Positions 1 to 10,300 of a stretch of DNA of 64,000 nt are shown here, in pieces. Made by a program: the position numbers and the translations under genes. Each line of letters begins with the position of its first letter. The stretch's first letter is position 1. Under the pieces are notes generated by a model. It ran no database searches. It saw nothing but the letters and a program-made list of their open reading frames with translations, and was not told the origin of the DNA. Source of the stretch: a virus (Duplodnaviria; Caudoviricetes). The stretch covers positions 1,375-65,374 of IMG/VR virus record IMGVR_UViG_2816332591_000002; one strand, given 5' to 3'.

Positions 1-123
1 CCAGTTCGGACGGCTGGCGGCATGGGGCGTGACGCTCGACCTGTCGGAGCGCGCGTTCTGCGGAAGGGTACGGGTGAAAGGCCATGTCTCATGATGCCCG
101 GGCCCGCCGACAATGAAGGCTGG

Positions 124-285
124 TTACGTGACTGTCGCGTCGAGTGTCTCGGTGGGCGGCGGTGGCGGCTCCGGCGACGGAACGGGCGGCGGCTCGACGA
201 GGCCGAGCCGTACCAGCGAGCCGAGGTCCCCGGCGGTCTCGTCGACGCGCGGCTCCGCAGGCTGCGGCGCGGGCTGGTCGGGCAT
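124..285 (-). CDS. Small Pro-rich hypothetical protein (MPDQPAPQPAEPRVDETAGDLGSLVRLGLV...)
   Basis: Manually translated 53-aa ORF directly after the lysis cassette. Confidence 0.5.
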   Translation of the reverse strand: MPDQPAPQPAEPRVDETAGDLGSLVRLGLVEPPPVPSPEPPPPPTETLDATVT

Positions 286-287
286 GG

Positions 288-647
288 TTACACTCCGGTG
301 CGGTTGTACTCGTCGACGAGGTCGGGCGGCGCGGGCGGGGTGATGCCACCGGCACGCATCTGCAGGGTCAGCTCCCCCACGTACCCGGCGAAGGCGCGGA
401 CGATGGACCGCAGCCTGGTGGTCTCGGTGCGAAACTCGCGGATCTCCTCTTGCATGTCGTCGCGGATCGCCTGGAACGCGGCGAGGTCCCGCTCGCGCTG
501 CGCCGGTTCTGCCGCGGCCTGCGCCGCTGCCCGGGTGGCCTCGGCGGTAGCCGACGCTGCGGCCCGCGTGGCGCGCGCGGCGAACCAGCCTGCGACCACC
601 ATCCCCACCGTGCCGAACGCGGCCACCACTCCTGCCCAGATACTCAT
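288..647 (-). CDS. Lysis-cassette membrane protein (N-terminal TM plus coiled coil)
   Basis: MSIWAGVVAAFGTVGMVVAGWFAA hydrophobic N-terminus; ATGA overlap with the upstream gene. Confidence 0.75.
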   Translation of the reverse strand: MSIWAGVVAAFGTVGMVVAGWFAARATRAAASATAEATRAAAQAAAEPAQRERDLAAFQAIRDDMQEEIREFRTETTRLRSIVRAFAGYVGELTLQMRAGGITPPAPPDLVDEYNRTGV

Positions 648-1084
648 GCGCCCTTGCCTCTCCGGGCGTGCGGCGCTGGGGGGACCGAGTGCTCGGGCAC
701 CGTCGCCGCCCACAGGATGACCCCGACGTGCGAGGTCAGGTACCAGATGGCGGCGTATCCGCCGCGGGGGTAGTCGCCGCTGACGACGGCGACGGTGTAG
801 GCGGTGGCCCACGTAGTGGGGGGCACGAGAGCGACCGCGAAGCCCAGCCCGTCCCGGCCGACACGCAGCCAGGCGCAGGCGAGCATGGTGAGCCCGGCGA
901 CGATCCACAGCCACGCCCAGCAGTGCAGCGGCGCGACACGGGTCAGCAGGTCAAGACCGATGGGATGGGGCTGGGGCTCGACGAGGAAGCCGATCCCCCA
1001 GCACGCTTTACCGGTCCCGAGCACGAGGAGAAAAATTCCGCGGCGGCCCAGGTGCTGCTTCAGCCGCCGGGCCACCGCGCACAC
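644..1084 (-). CDS. Multi-pass (about 4 TM) lysis-cassette membrane protein
   Basis: Several hydrophobic segments; follows the holin. Confidence 0.75.
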   Translation of the reverse strand: MCAVARRLKQHLGRRGIFLLVLGTGKACWGIGFLVEPQPHPIGLDLLTRVAPLHCWAWLWIVAGLTMLACAWLRVGRDGLGFAVALVPPTTWATAYTVAVVSGDYPRGGYAAIWYLTSHVGVILWAATVPEHSVPPAPHARRGKGA

Positions 1085-1345
1085 TCACACCCCCGTGGCG
1101 AGCGACGCCGAGTTCTTGATGCTGCTCCAGCGCGCGATGATGCCCTTCACCAAGGACAGGACGGTGGCTACGCCTCCGACCAGCGCGGCGTACCACATGG
1201 ACGCGTCCAGCGGCGTCGTCACGACGACCCCGCCAATGAAGGCTTGCAGGAACGTGGACAGGATGCGTTCGACGAGGTCGCGGGCGAACGTGCGCGCCGT
1301 CTTGATGACGGTCTCGGCGGACGGCAGGGTGGTCGGTTCGGTCAT
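1085..1345 (-). CDS. Holin (r1t-like)
   Basis: 86 aa, ERILSTFLQAF motif, 2 TM, next to the endolysin. Confidence 0.85.
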   Translation of the reverse strand: MTEPTTLPSAETVIKTARTFARDLVERILSTFLQAFIGGVVVTTPLDASMWYAALVGGVATVLSLVKGIIARWSSIKNSASLATGV

Positions 1346-1355
1346 GGTGGCCCCT

Positions 1356-2180
1356 TCAGGCGGTGAGCTTCTTGAGGAGGGCTTCGATGCGCTCCAGGCG
1401 GGCGACGAGGTCGGCTTGGCGCTGGTCGGCGTAGCGCAGGAAGGTTCCGGCTTCCCTCGTGTTGTCCGCGTCGGTGTCGGTGGGGCTGACCAGGCGGTAG
1501 GCCCAGACCTTTTTCACGTCGGCGTCGGTGAGTGCCACGTTCGTCTCCTCAGGGGTGGGGGTGCCGGGCTTTCCGGCGAGCCGCTTGGCGATGCGGGCGC
1601 GCATGTCGGGCATGGCGAAGCCCTTTGGGTCGACCTTGTCGGCGGACCACTCCAGGTGCCCGATCACCGACTTCGCGGACCAGCCATGCGCCCGGCAGAC
1701 GGCGGCCGAGACGCGCTCGATGGCGTCCAGCTGCGCGGTGGGCCAGGGGTCCTTGCCGTCGCCGAGGTTGATGCACTCGAAGCCGTAGAACCTGCTGTTG
1801 CCGTCGACGCCGTTGGCGTTGCCCTTCGTCGGCTTCGACGGGGCGGCGCCGTAGGACTCGTCGATGACCTGCTGCAAGACGCTCGGGTCGCCGCCGCCGG
1901 CGTGGTTCGCGCGACCGTACCCGACGAGGTGCACGACGCCAGCCTTGTCGATGACGCCGTGGCACAGCGGGCCGGGCAGCGACGTGTAGCCGTCGTAGCA
2001 GAGCTGCACGGACGACGCGGTCCCGGAGGACACGGTGTGGTGGATGATGACGCCGTTGACCGGGCCCCACGCGCCCTTGCTGTTGCGGTTGTGGGTGCGC
2101 CAGGAGCCGACCTCGACGACCTTGACGCCCTCGGCTCGGAGCGCCGCAAGGAACGCGGCGGCGGACAGGGGTGTGGCCAT
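1356..2180 (-). CDS. Endolysin, N-acetylmuramoyl-L-alanine amidase
   Basis: IIHHT, NHAG, GFECIN, IGHLEW...KVDP Amidase_2 motifs; start re-called at MATPLS. Confidence 0.92.
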   Translation of the reverse strand: MATPLSAAAFLAALRAEGVKVVEVGSWRTHNRNSKGAWGPVNGVIIHHTVSSGTASSVQLCYDGYTSLPGPLCHGVIDKAGVVHLVGYGRANHAGGGDPSVLQQVIDESYGAAPSKPTKGNANGVDGNSRFYGFECINLGDGKDPWPTAQLDAIERVSAAVCRAHGWSAKSVIGHLEWSADKVDPKGFAMPDMRARIAKRLAGKPGTPTPEETNVALTDADVKKVWAYRLVSPTDTDADNTREAGTFLRYADQRQADLVARLERIEALLKKLTA

Positions 2181-2452
2181 TACGCCTCCTCGTAGGTCGC
2201 GGCGAAGATGTCCGGCTTGCAGGGGTAGTGCTCGCCCTGCACGCCACGGATGATCCAGTCGCCAGGGGATGCGGTCATGTCGCCTTCGAGGGTGTGGATG
2301 ACAATGCCGTCGTGTAGGCCGCGGCCGGGGCCGGGCAGCTTGGTCTCCTCGACTTTGCCCGCCTGCCCCATGAAGGCGTCGACCTCGTCGCGATTGGTGC
2401 CGTCGTACCGGACGGCGTCGACCTCGACGGGCCTCTTGCGGTATCGGGCCAT
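2180..2452 (-). CDS. Conserved phage protein (RKRPVEVDA...TLEG...PCKPDIF family)
   Basis: Widespread small phage protein motif; function unknown. Confidence 0.8.
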   Translation of the reverse strand: MARYRKRPVEVDAVRYDGTNRDEVDAFMGQAGKVEETKLPGPGRGLHDGIVIHTLEGDMTASPGDWIIRGVQGEHYPCKPDIFAATYEEA

Positions 2453-2467
2453 GGGGCCTCCATGCAT

Positions 2468-2497
2468 ACGAAAGGCCCCGGCGAGGCGGGGCGTTCA
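2468..2497. terminator. Hairpin between tail and lysis modules
   Basis: GCCCCG-gcgagg-CGGGGC stem flanked by GAAAG/GTTC. Confidence 0.45.
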
Positions 2498-2514
2498 GGG
2501 TGAATGCGGGCTGG

Positions 2515-3147
2515 TCAGAGGCTGTAGAACAAGCCATTCAGGCTGATCCACGGCGGGGTGATGCGCTCGCTGGCATTGGTCGCCGTAGTGCCCACGATCT
2601 TCAAGTGTCCGTCGGGCTGCGCGTCGAGCTTGAGCGACAGCGAGTCCGAGGTATAGGCGGAGCAGGCTGCGGGCACGGTGCGCAGCGACCCGGGCCGGGC
2701 GGCCGACGGGAGCGGCGTGCTGGTGATGATGCCGCCGTTGCGGATCACGGTGGGGCTGCCGGAGTAGGTGATGTCGATGCCGCCCTGCAACATGACCGTC
2801 AACTCGCCGAACAAGTTGACCACGCGGTACTGGGCGGTGCCGTTGTCGTTGCCGTTGTGGGAGAAACCCGAGGCCAGCGGAATCGTCGTCCACGCCGAGG
2901 TGCCTGCGGCGACCACGGTCCAGGCGGTCCCGTCGTAGACCGTCAGGAGCTTCTCGGCGGTCAGGAAAGCGGTCATGCCCGCGACCGGGCTGGTGATGGT
3001 GGCGTTGCGGGCGGACGCGGACGCGAACCGCATGACGCTGCGCGGCACGAGGCCCGTCGCGAGGTTGCCGGCCAGGGTCTCAAGGTTGGGGGCGTCCGGC
3101 AGGGCGTAGACCTGTACGCCCTGCCCGTAGGTGTCGGTGGTGGGCAT
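2515..3147 (-). CDS. Minor tail protein
   Basis: VMRFASASARNATITSPVAGM motif and beta-rich C-terminus; end of tail module. Confidence 0.8.
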   Translation of the reverse strand: MPTTDTYGQGVQVYALPDAPNLETLAGNLATGLVPRSVMRFASASARNATITSPVAGMTAFLTAEKLLTVYDGTAWTVVAAGTSAWTTIPLASGFSHNGNDNGTAQYRVVNLFGELTVMLQGGIDITYSGSPTVIRNGGIITSTPLPSAARPGSLRTVPAACSAYTSDSLSLKLDAQPDGHLKIVGTTATNASERITPPWISLNGLFYSL

Positions 3148-3428
3148 CAGGCCCCCGGCGCCGGCAGGAGCGTGACGTCGTGGCCGCCGGTGTAGGAGAG
3201 GGTGGCGCGGGTCTCCTGGTTGCCGCCTGCGTTGGCCAACTGTTCGGCGGCGAACGTGGCGATCGTCTGCGTGATCCGGTCCAGCAGTTCGGGGGTTACG
3301 CCTTGGCCGTAGCCGTCGAGCCGGAGATCGGCGGTGTAGGAGAACATCTGGCTGTCAGCGTTCACGTCGACGACGCGGACCTGGTGGATGACGCTCTGCG
3401 GGTAGTAGCCGGAGTCGGGGTGCGGCAC
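3147..3428 (-). CDS. Hypothetical tail-module protein
   Basis: 93-aa ORF with RBS, coupled to its neighbour. Confidence 0.65.
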   Translation of the reverse strand: MPHPDSGYYPQSVIHQVRVVDVNADSQMFSYTADLRLDGYGQGVTPELLDRITQTIATFAAEQLANAGGNQETRATLSYTGGHDVTLLPAPGA

Positions 3429-3436
3429 GGGGCCTC

Positions 3437-4045
3437 CTAGGTGAGTCGGTAGCGAATGCCGTCCAAGGTCGCCCAGGTCGCATTGCCCGAGTAGTCCTGG
3501 ATCTGCAGCGTGCTGGTGCCAGTGGGGTTGACGTCGAGGACGCCGTGCAGGCCGGACGCCACTTCGACGGGGAATCGGCTCTTACTGCTCGGCACGACCG
3601 CCGCGGGCAGGGTGCACAGGGTCTGCGGCTGCCCCGCTGTGGCGGGCGCTTTCGCCAGCCCGCTCAAGGACACGGTGCCGTCCCCGTTGATGCGGTAGCT
3701 CGGAGCCCAGTACGGCGTGCCGTAGGTGGTCCAGCCGCCCGAGAGAGTGAGCGGCTGCCACGTGCCGGCCGTTGTCGCGGGTGCGGTGCGGCCGTGGGCA
3801 AGCCAGTTCCCGCTGCTGGAGATGCTGATGACGACTGTCTCGCCGACGGCCGGGGTGACGTAAGTGGCCATGCGGCGGGCGATGATGCCGTCCGACGTGG
3901 TGACGGTGCCGTCCGTGCCGACGGTGGCGACGACGCCGAGGCGCCAGTCCGCGCCCCGCACCGCCGGGCTCGTGGCTCCGGCCTGGATAGCCTGCTGCTG
4001 GAGGGCGTCGGCGAGGTCGGCATGGACCGCGATGTCGCTGCTCAC
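3437..4045 (-). CDS. Minor tail protein (spike-like N-terminal domain)
   Basis: Start re-called at GTG (VSSDIAVHAD); Thr/Gly-rich; overlaps the stop of the upstream gene. Confidence 0.75.
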   Translation of the reverse strand: MSSDIAVHADLADALQQQAIQAGATSPAVRGADWRLGVVATVGTDGTVTTSDGIIARRMATYVTPAVGETVVISISSSGNWLAHGRTAPATTAGTWQPLTLSGGWTTYGTPYWAPSYRINGDGTVSLSGLAKAPATAGQPQTLCTLPAAVVPSSKSRFPVEVASGLHGVLDVNPTGTSTLQIQDYSGNATWATLDGIRYRLT

Positions 4046-5133
4046 GCGTCCTCCTTTGCGGCGATCGTGGTGATCGGGAAGTCGCCGCCGACATCGAGCG
4101 GGACGCTGAGGCTCTGAATCTGGTGCAGCTCGCGAGTGCCGTCCGGGTAGACGACGCGCAGCACGTCGCCCGGCTCCAACGCGGGGTTGGGCAGGCTGCT
4201 CAGGTCGCCACTGGAGTTGGGCGACTTTGCGGCCCGGAGCTTCAGCCGCGCAGCTCCTTCCGCCGCGACGGCGTTGGTGAGTGTCGAGCTGGTGTAGAAG
4301 GTCGGCCGGTGTCCGAACGGGCCGCTCCAGTACGTCGGCGACGTGGGGTCGTCGTCCACGACGAGCGCGGACACGGGAGCCGTGTTGCTCTCGGTGTTCT
4401 CGCCGCGCGCGAGCACGCCGTTGAACACCTTGTCCGAGGTCATGCCGCGATCGGCCTTGATGTAGGCGCCGCCCTCCCCTGCCGCCACCGTCCACGCCGG
4501 GGTGGTGGTGAGCAGGTCGGGCAGCTCGGCGACGATGAAGATGCCGTCGGCGTCGGCGTAGCACTCGGCGCCGATCGCCGCAGCGCACTCCTGCACCGCG
4601 GCCCATGGATCGCCCTCGATGTCCCAGGTCCGCGGGCCGATGACCGCGTCGGTCGCACGGTTCACGACCGTGGCGTCCGGGATGGAGCGCTGGATGAGCG
4701 CGGTAACAGCGCCGACCGCTGTGCCCGACGCGCGGTACGGCGCGGTGAACTTGTCGTCCTGCACCACCGCTTCGAGGCCCTTGCCCGCGAGCGTGACCGG
4801 CCCCTCGTCGACGTCGCCCTCGACGGAGTCCAGCCGGAACACCCCGAGGGGCACCAGCTCCATGGCCCCGTCGCCGTACTGGACGCCGCGGGAAATTCGC
4901 AGCTTGGCGCCGTACACGGACAGCTTGTCGCTCGGGTTGCGCGGGATCATGGACGTGTCGGCGATGGTGACCGAGCAGGTGCGGCGGATCGCCTGCCCGC
5001 GATCCACCGTCACCGAGCCACCGGTTACTTCCAGCAGCTCGACACGGCCGTCCGTGCGGAAGAGAACGACCTCGGTGGCGGGCGTGTGGGACTCGGTGAG
5101 GGCGGCCAGGAACCGCGCGGAGACCGGGTACAC
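4042..5133 (-). CDS. Baseplate hub / minor tail protein (DUF5047-like)
   Basis: MYPVSARFLAAL...GSVTVDRGQAIRRTCSVT, PNPALEPGD motifs. Confidence 0.85.
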   Translation of the reverse strand: MYPVSARFLAALTESHTPATEVVLFRTDGRVELLEVTGGSVTVDRGQAIRRTCSVTIADTSMIPRNPSDKLSVYGAKLRISRGVQYGDGAMELVPLGVFRLDSVEGDVDEGPVTLAGKGLEAVVQDDKFTAPYRASGTAVGAVTALIQRSIPDATVVNRATDAVIGPRTWDIEGDPWAAVQECAAAIGAECYADADGIFIVAELPDLLTTTPAWTVAAGEGGAYIKADRGMTSDKVFNGVLARGENTESNTAPVSALVVDDDPTSPTYWSGPFGHRPTFYTSSTLTNAVAAEGAARLKLRAAKSPNSSGDLSSLPNPALEPGDVLRVVYPDGTRELHQIQSLSVPLDVGGDFPITTIAAKEDA

Positions 5134-5136
5134 CGA

Positions 5137-7365
5137 TCACCCCCGGCGCCGGTCGAACAGCAAGTCCTCGCCGGTCGCGTAGGCCGCGAGCAGGTCATAG
5201 CCGGTCGCGAACTCGACGAGCAGGTCCTGGCCCGTGCGGCCAGCCGTACCGCCCACGCCGACCGAGACCGGCATGTCGGCTTCGGTCAACGGAAGCTTCC
5301 AGGTGCGCCACGGCTCTTGCGCGGGGCCGCCGATGCGGCCTTCGGTGACTGCGCCGACGATGATGTACATGTCCGTCACGCCCATGCCCGGCACGGCCTG
5401 CCACAGCAGCGTGTTGCCGGAGTCCAGCAGCCAGTGCAGGCGGGCCCGCTCGTCGTCGGTGCGCGTCCAGATCGAGAGGTCGCCTTCCAGTCCGCCGCGC
5501 AGGCCACTCAGTACGACGGCGTTGCGACGCCCCTTGACCCGGTAGGTGGCCTGCTCGATCGGCCGGGACCAGTCCGGCGCCTTCTCGACCAGGACCTTGC
5601 AGTTTCTCTGCGGCTGGCCAGGGTCCTTCAGCCACGCCTCGTTGATGTCGCCGGGGGCGATGGTGACGGTCTCGGTGGTGCGGATCATAATGCCGCCGCC
5701 AGCCGCCGGGACGATCTCGACGCGGTAGGCGACCGGCACACCGAGCGGCGCCTCGTAGTCCTCGATCACCATCAGGTCACTCGTGATGGTGGCCTTGTCG
5801 AGGAGCCCGGACGGGCCACGGACCAGCGTCTGGCTGCCGTCCTGCCCCGTCCGGTAGACCGTGATCAGGTAGCCGATCGGCAGTTCCCGCAGCGTAAGCA
5901 TGATGGATGCCGCGGTGTCGTCGACGTCCACGCTCTGGAGCGGCAGCGCCGGCCACAGCGACGCCACGTCGAACCGTAGCGTCGAGTTGGTGCTGGTGGC
6001 GGTGAGCGTCCACTCGATCGCCGCTTGCGTCGCGGTCGGCGGCGCCACCCAGTCGTTGACCAGGATCCACCAGCCCGAGGCCGGCACTGCGGCGACGGGC
6101 ACGGACGTCAGGCCGAGGCTGGTGCCCGCGGCGTCGTACCAGCGGATGCCGCGCACGGCCGTCCAGCCACCCGCCGTGACCTGGCTGTAGATCTCCGAGC
6201 GCCAGTTGAGGCCGACGCCCGGGGTGAGCGGGAAACGCGGGGAGCGCAGCGTGGATGCGGTGGCGGTCGCGCTGGTCACAGTCAGCACGTAGGAGCCGTC
6301 GAAACCGTAGGCGCCCCACGGCGTCGATCGGGCGGCGGTGGCGGCGCCCGAAGTGATGGTCCAGCCGCCCGCGTCCTGCTCGAACGACATGCTGCTGTAA
6401 GGGATGACCGTGCCCGCGTGCACCGCCGGCGCCACGATGACCGACGCCTGCTCCAGGCGCAGCACCTGACCGGCGGACGCGCCGTCGATACCGGCGGCCA
6501 CACCGCACGTCGCGGCATTGGCCGGAGCTACCGCCGAGGCGCGCTGCCGCTGGTAGCCGGTCCCCGCAGCGGCCAGCGTGCCGCGCGACGCTCCGACCTG
6601 GTTGCCGTTGGTGTCGTAGAACCGCAGCTCAAGCCAGGTGGTTGCGGCCATGGTCGGCGGCGACAGGTAGGCGTAGGCCAGGTACTCGGTGCCCGGCGTG
6701 ACGATCGGCCGTTCGATGCTCACCGCCGAGGCGTTGCCCGCCGCCGTGGCGGTGATGGCCAGGACGTGGCCGCCCACCGAGTACGCGGTCGCCGACCACG
6801 TCACCGGCGGCGCCTGGCGGCTGACCGTCGCGTTGACCTCGGCCGCCCACCCGGAGGCGTCGACCTCGGAGGTCTCCGCGTTGAACGACAGCAGGTTGCC
6901 GGTGGTCCTGAGCGGGAGACCGAGATAGACGTTCTCCCAGAAATGGTTCACGTTCGCCGCGGCCGGGGTGCTGGACAGCAGCACCTGGCAGCGGACCGCC
7001 CACGTCGGCGCCACCCCTGCCACGCTCACCCGGTGCCAGCTGCCCGAGGCCGCCGACGTGGTCAGCGACCACGTCACCGAAATCTCCGCGCCCGCCCACG
7101 TCAGCCACCGGATTCCGATCCGCTCCGGCACCGCGCCCGAAGCGTCGGCGAAAACGTGGTACGTCGTTCCCTCGGTGACCGGGTACGAGGAGACGGTGCG
7201 GGCCTGCATCTCGCCCGCGGCCACGCTCTTCACGGTCAGGACGCCGTCACCGTTCCGGCCGCCCGAACCCAGGCTGATTGTGCAGTTCAGCTTGCTGGTC
7301 CAGCCCGACGTGTTCGGGTCGATGCTCTCCGTCGTGCTGGACAGCATGTTACCGGGGATCGCCAC
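5137..7365 (-). CDS. Distal-tail-like protein with repeated carbohydrate-binding-like modules
   Basis: Start re-called at GTG behind a GGAGGAGG RBS; repeated GN(M/L)L..N.E...SGW beta-sandwich units; DYEAPLG..V.Y motif; follows the tape measure gene. Confidence 0.8.
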   Translation of the reverse strand: MAIPGNMLSSTTESIDPNTSGWTSKLNCTISLGSGGRNGDGVLTVKSVAAGEMQARTVSSYPVTEGTTYHVFADASGAVPERIGIRWLTWAGAEISVTWSLTTSAASGSWHRVSVAGVAPTWAVRCQVLLSSTPAAANVNHFWENVYLGLPLRTTGNLLSFNAETSEVDASGWAAEVNATVSRQAPPVTWSATAYSVGGHVLAITATAAGNASAVSIERPIVTPGTEYLAYAYLSPPTMAATTWLELRFYDTNGNQVGASRGTLAAAGTGYQRQRASAVAPANAATCGVAAGIDGASAGQVLRLEQASVIVAPAVHAGTVIPYSSMSFEQDAGGWTITSGAATAARSTPWGAYGFDGSYVLTVTSATATASTLRSPRFPLTPGVGLNWRSEIYSQVTAGGWTAVRGIRWYDAAGTSLGLTSVPVAAVPASGWWILVNDWVAPPTATQAAIEWTLTATSTNSTLRFDVASLWPALPLQSVDVDDTAASIMLTLRELPIGYLITVYRTGQDGSQTLVRGPSGLLDKATITSDLMVIEDYEAPLGVPVAYRVEIVPAAGGGIMIRTTETVTIAPGDINEAWLKDPGQPQRNCKVLVEKAPDWSRPIEQATYRVKGRRNAVVLSGLRGGLEGDLSIWTRTDDERARLHWLLDSGNTLLWQAVPGMGVTDMYIIVGAVTEGRIGGPAQEPWRTWKLPLTEADMPVSVGVGGTAGRTGQDLLVEFATGYDLLAAYATGEDLLFDRRRG

Positions 7366-7367
7366 GG

Positions 7368-10300
7368 TCACCTCCTCCCTGCGCGGAGCGTCTGTACGAG
7401 CTGGCCGTTGGAGCGGCGCACCTCGGCCCGCGCAATGTCGGCGATCTCCCGGTCGCCCACGTAGACCTGCACATGCAGGTCCCCGAGGTTCGCCCCGTCC
7501 GAGCCACGCACCGCGGCGCCCGTGAGCGCGTTCATCTGCTGCACGGTGAGCACCGGCTCCGGCCTGCCGGTGCCGTTGTAGGCGAGGTTGAGGCCGGGCT
7601 GGAGGTAGCCGCCGGAGTCGTAGCCAGCCGGCGGGCGGTTGGCATTCGCCTGCTGGACGCGGCTGATGTTGCCGTAGCGGGACACGATGTAGCGCACCGC
7701 GGCGGCGACGTTCGCGACCGGGTCGAGGATGCCCCGGCTGCGTAGCGAGGCAGGCACGTAGGCGCTCCACGTCGACGGGATCGTCTGTGCCAGCCCCTGA
7801 CTGGGGTGGCCGGCCCGCGCGTTGGAGTCCCACCGGTTGATCGCCCGAGGGTTCCAGCCGGACTCGCGGCTGATGAGGGTGTTCATTCCGGCGAGCCACT
7901 GGGGCAGGGTGCCGGGCGGCGGGACGTGGGCCGCGGCCAGCGCCTGGCTGATGATGGCCCGTCGCTGCCCGCTGGGGATGGCCCCACCAATGGCGCCCCC
8001 GCCGCCGGTCAGGTACGGCATGGGGTCCACCGGCCGTCCGTTGAGGCGCGCCTCCAGGTGCAGGTGCGGGCCGGTGACGTTGCCGGTGGCGCCGACCCGC
8101 CCGATCTGCTGGCCCTGTGCGACCCGGGCCCGCAGGGTGGTGAGGATCGCCGACATGTGCGCGTACAGCGACGACAGCCCGCCGCCGTGGTTGATCTGCA
8201 CGTGCTGGCCATACGGGCCGCCGGTGGCGACCTGCGAGACCGTACCGGCCGCCACCGCCCGGACCGGCGTGCCGGTCGCCGCAGGGAAGTCCAGACCGGT
8301 GTGCCGGCCGGAGGACCACATGCTCCCGGCGACACCGAAGCGAGTGCCGTAGGAGGTGTTCACGGGCTTGGCCCACTGGCCGCCGCCCATGCTCTGTTCG
8401 TCCTGGCCGCGCAGGAACGACAAGATGCCGCCTGCCACCTTCTGCGGAATTGCGCGCACGACCTTGCCCAGGCCGGTGTCGGCACCCGGGATCCGCTTGA
8501 GGACGCCGTCGACCACGCCCATTCCGGCGCGGAAGAACGGCTCCAGTGCTCCGGCCGCCACGGAGCCCGCGGCCTTGAGGACGTCCTTGCCCCGGTCGAC
8601 GAGCCAGCCCGCGCCGGACTTGATGCCGCCCCAGATGGAGCCGAGGATGCCGCCGTCCTCCATGAGCTGCGTTCCTGCCGCGGCGTGGAGCGCGAGCGCC
8701 CGGCCCCGGTAGCGGGGGTCGGTGGGGATGACGTACTCGGGGTAGCGGGGGTTGCCCTCGCCGACGATCGCCGTCGGCTTGTTGACCTTCATGGGGGCGG
8801 CGGCTCCCCAGCCGTTGCCGACGGTGCCGCCCGCGGCGAGGAGCTTGGGGGCGTCGGGGAGCTTCCCGAGGCCGACCCAGCTGGCCACGCCGTCCCACAG
8901 CTTCTTGATCCCGTTGGTGTAAACCCACTTGATCACGAAGTTGACGGGTTTCTTCGTGACGTCGACGACCTGGTCCCAGGACTTCTTGATCGCGTCCTTG
9001 GCTGTGCCGAAGGCGCGTCCGACCAGGCCGACACTGATTTTGATGGCGTCGAACACGGGCTTGATCAGGGTGCGCCAGACCCAGCCGATCCGGTCGCCGA
9101 TCCAGCCCATGACGGGGCGGATGATGTTCTGGTACAGCCAGCTGAAGACCGATCCAGTTGCGTGCAGCGCAAGCCGGACTGCGTAGAACGTCGGCTGCAC
9201 GATGTTGCGGTAGAGCCACCCGATCCGGGCGCCGATCCAGCCGAGCACGGGCAGGACGATGTTCCGCCACAGCCACGAGAACCCGGCGCCAACAGCGGAG
9301 ACCGCCGCGCGCACGAGCCACAGCTGCGGCTGGATGAAGTTCTGGTACAGCCATACGACACGGGCCGCGATCCAGCCTGTTACCGGCGAGATGATGTTGC
9401 GCCACAGCCAGGAGAAGATGGCGCCGACTGCCCGCACGGCGAGCTGGATGGGCAGCAGTACGGCGACCACGACGATCGCGAACAGCACGCGGGCCGCAGT
9501 CCAGATGAAGCTGAATACCGGCTGAAGCACGTTCTGCCACAGCCATGTCGCCGCAGCAGCAACCGCCCGGAACGCCGCGGCGAACGCGTTGAAGACGGGC
9601 TTCAACACGGTGTTCCACGCCCACAGCGCGACCGTCTGGATGCCCGTCCAGACGGCCTGCACGCCGGTGCGGAACCAGGAGAAGCGGTTGTAGGCCCACA
9701 CGATGCCCGCGACCAGCGCGGCAATCGCGATGCCGATCAACACGATGGGGTTGGCGCTCATAGCGGCATTGAGGGCGATCTGCGCGATGGTCCACAGCTT
9801 GACCGCCACAATGATCAGGTAGATGGCCTGGATCATCCACGGGGCGTGCGTCGCGATGATGGCGATCCCGCGTGCCAGCTCGGCGATGCCCGTCAGCAGC
9901 GGACCCGAGATCGGGGACAGGGCCTGGCCGATGCTCAGGAACGCCGAGCCGATCTGCCGCAGCGCGCCGCTGAGCAGGGGGGCCGTCTTGGAGGCGTAGG
10001 ACAGGAACCGCTCGAACTCGGGGCTCCCCTTGAGGCTTGTGCCCCAGTTCGCGAATCGGCCGGTCAGGGCCTGCATGCGTTGGCTGATGTGATCCATGTG
10101 CGGCAGGAAGGCCTGAATGATCCCGGCCATGCCCTTGAAGACCCGGCCGAAGGAGGTGCCCAGCCCGGTCAGGGCAGGGATCACCGATGCCGCGAGATCG
10201 GCTTTGAAAGACTTCCACCAGGGGCTCTTGAACCCGGCCGAGACGCGGGCCTGCAGCGCGGTGATGGCGCGCGCCGCTGCCAGCACGAAGGGTGTCAGGC

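Noticed and set aside
7368-8400. M23 and transglycosylase domains as separate or novel toxins
   Set aside because: Common cell-wall-degrading domains at the C-terminus of actinophage tape measure proteins
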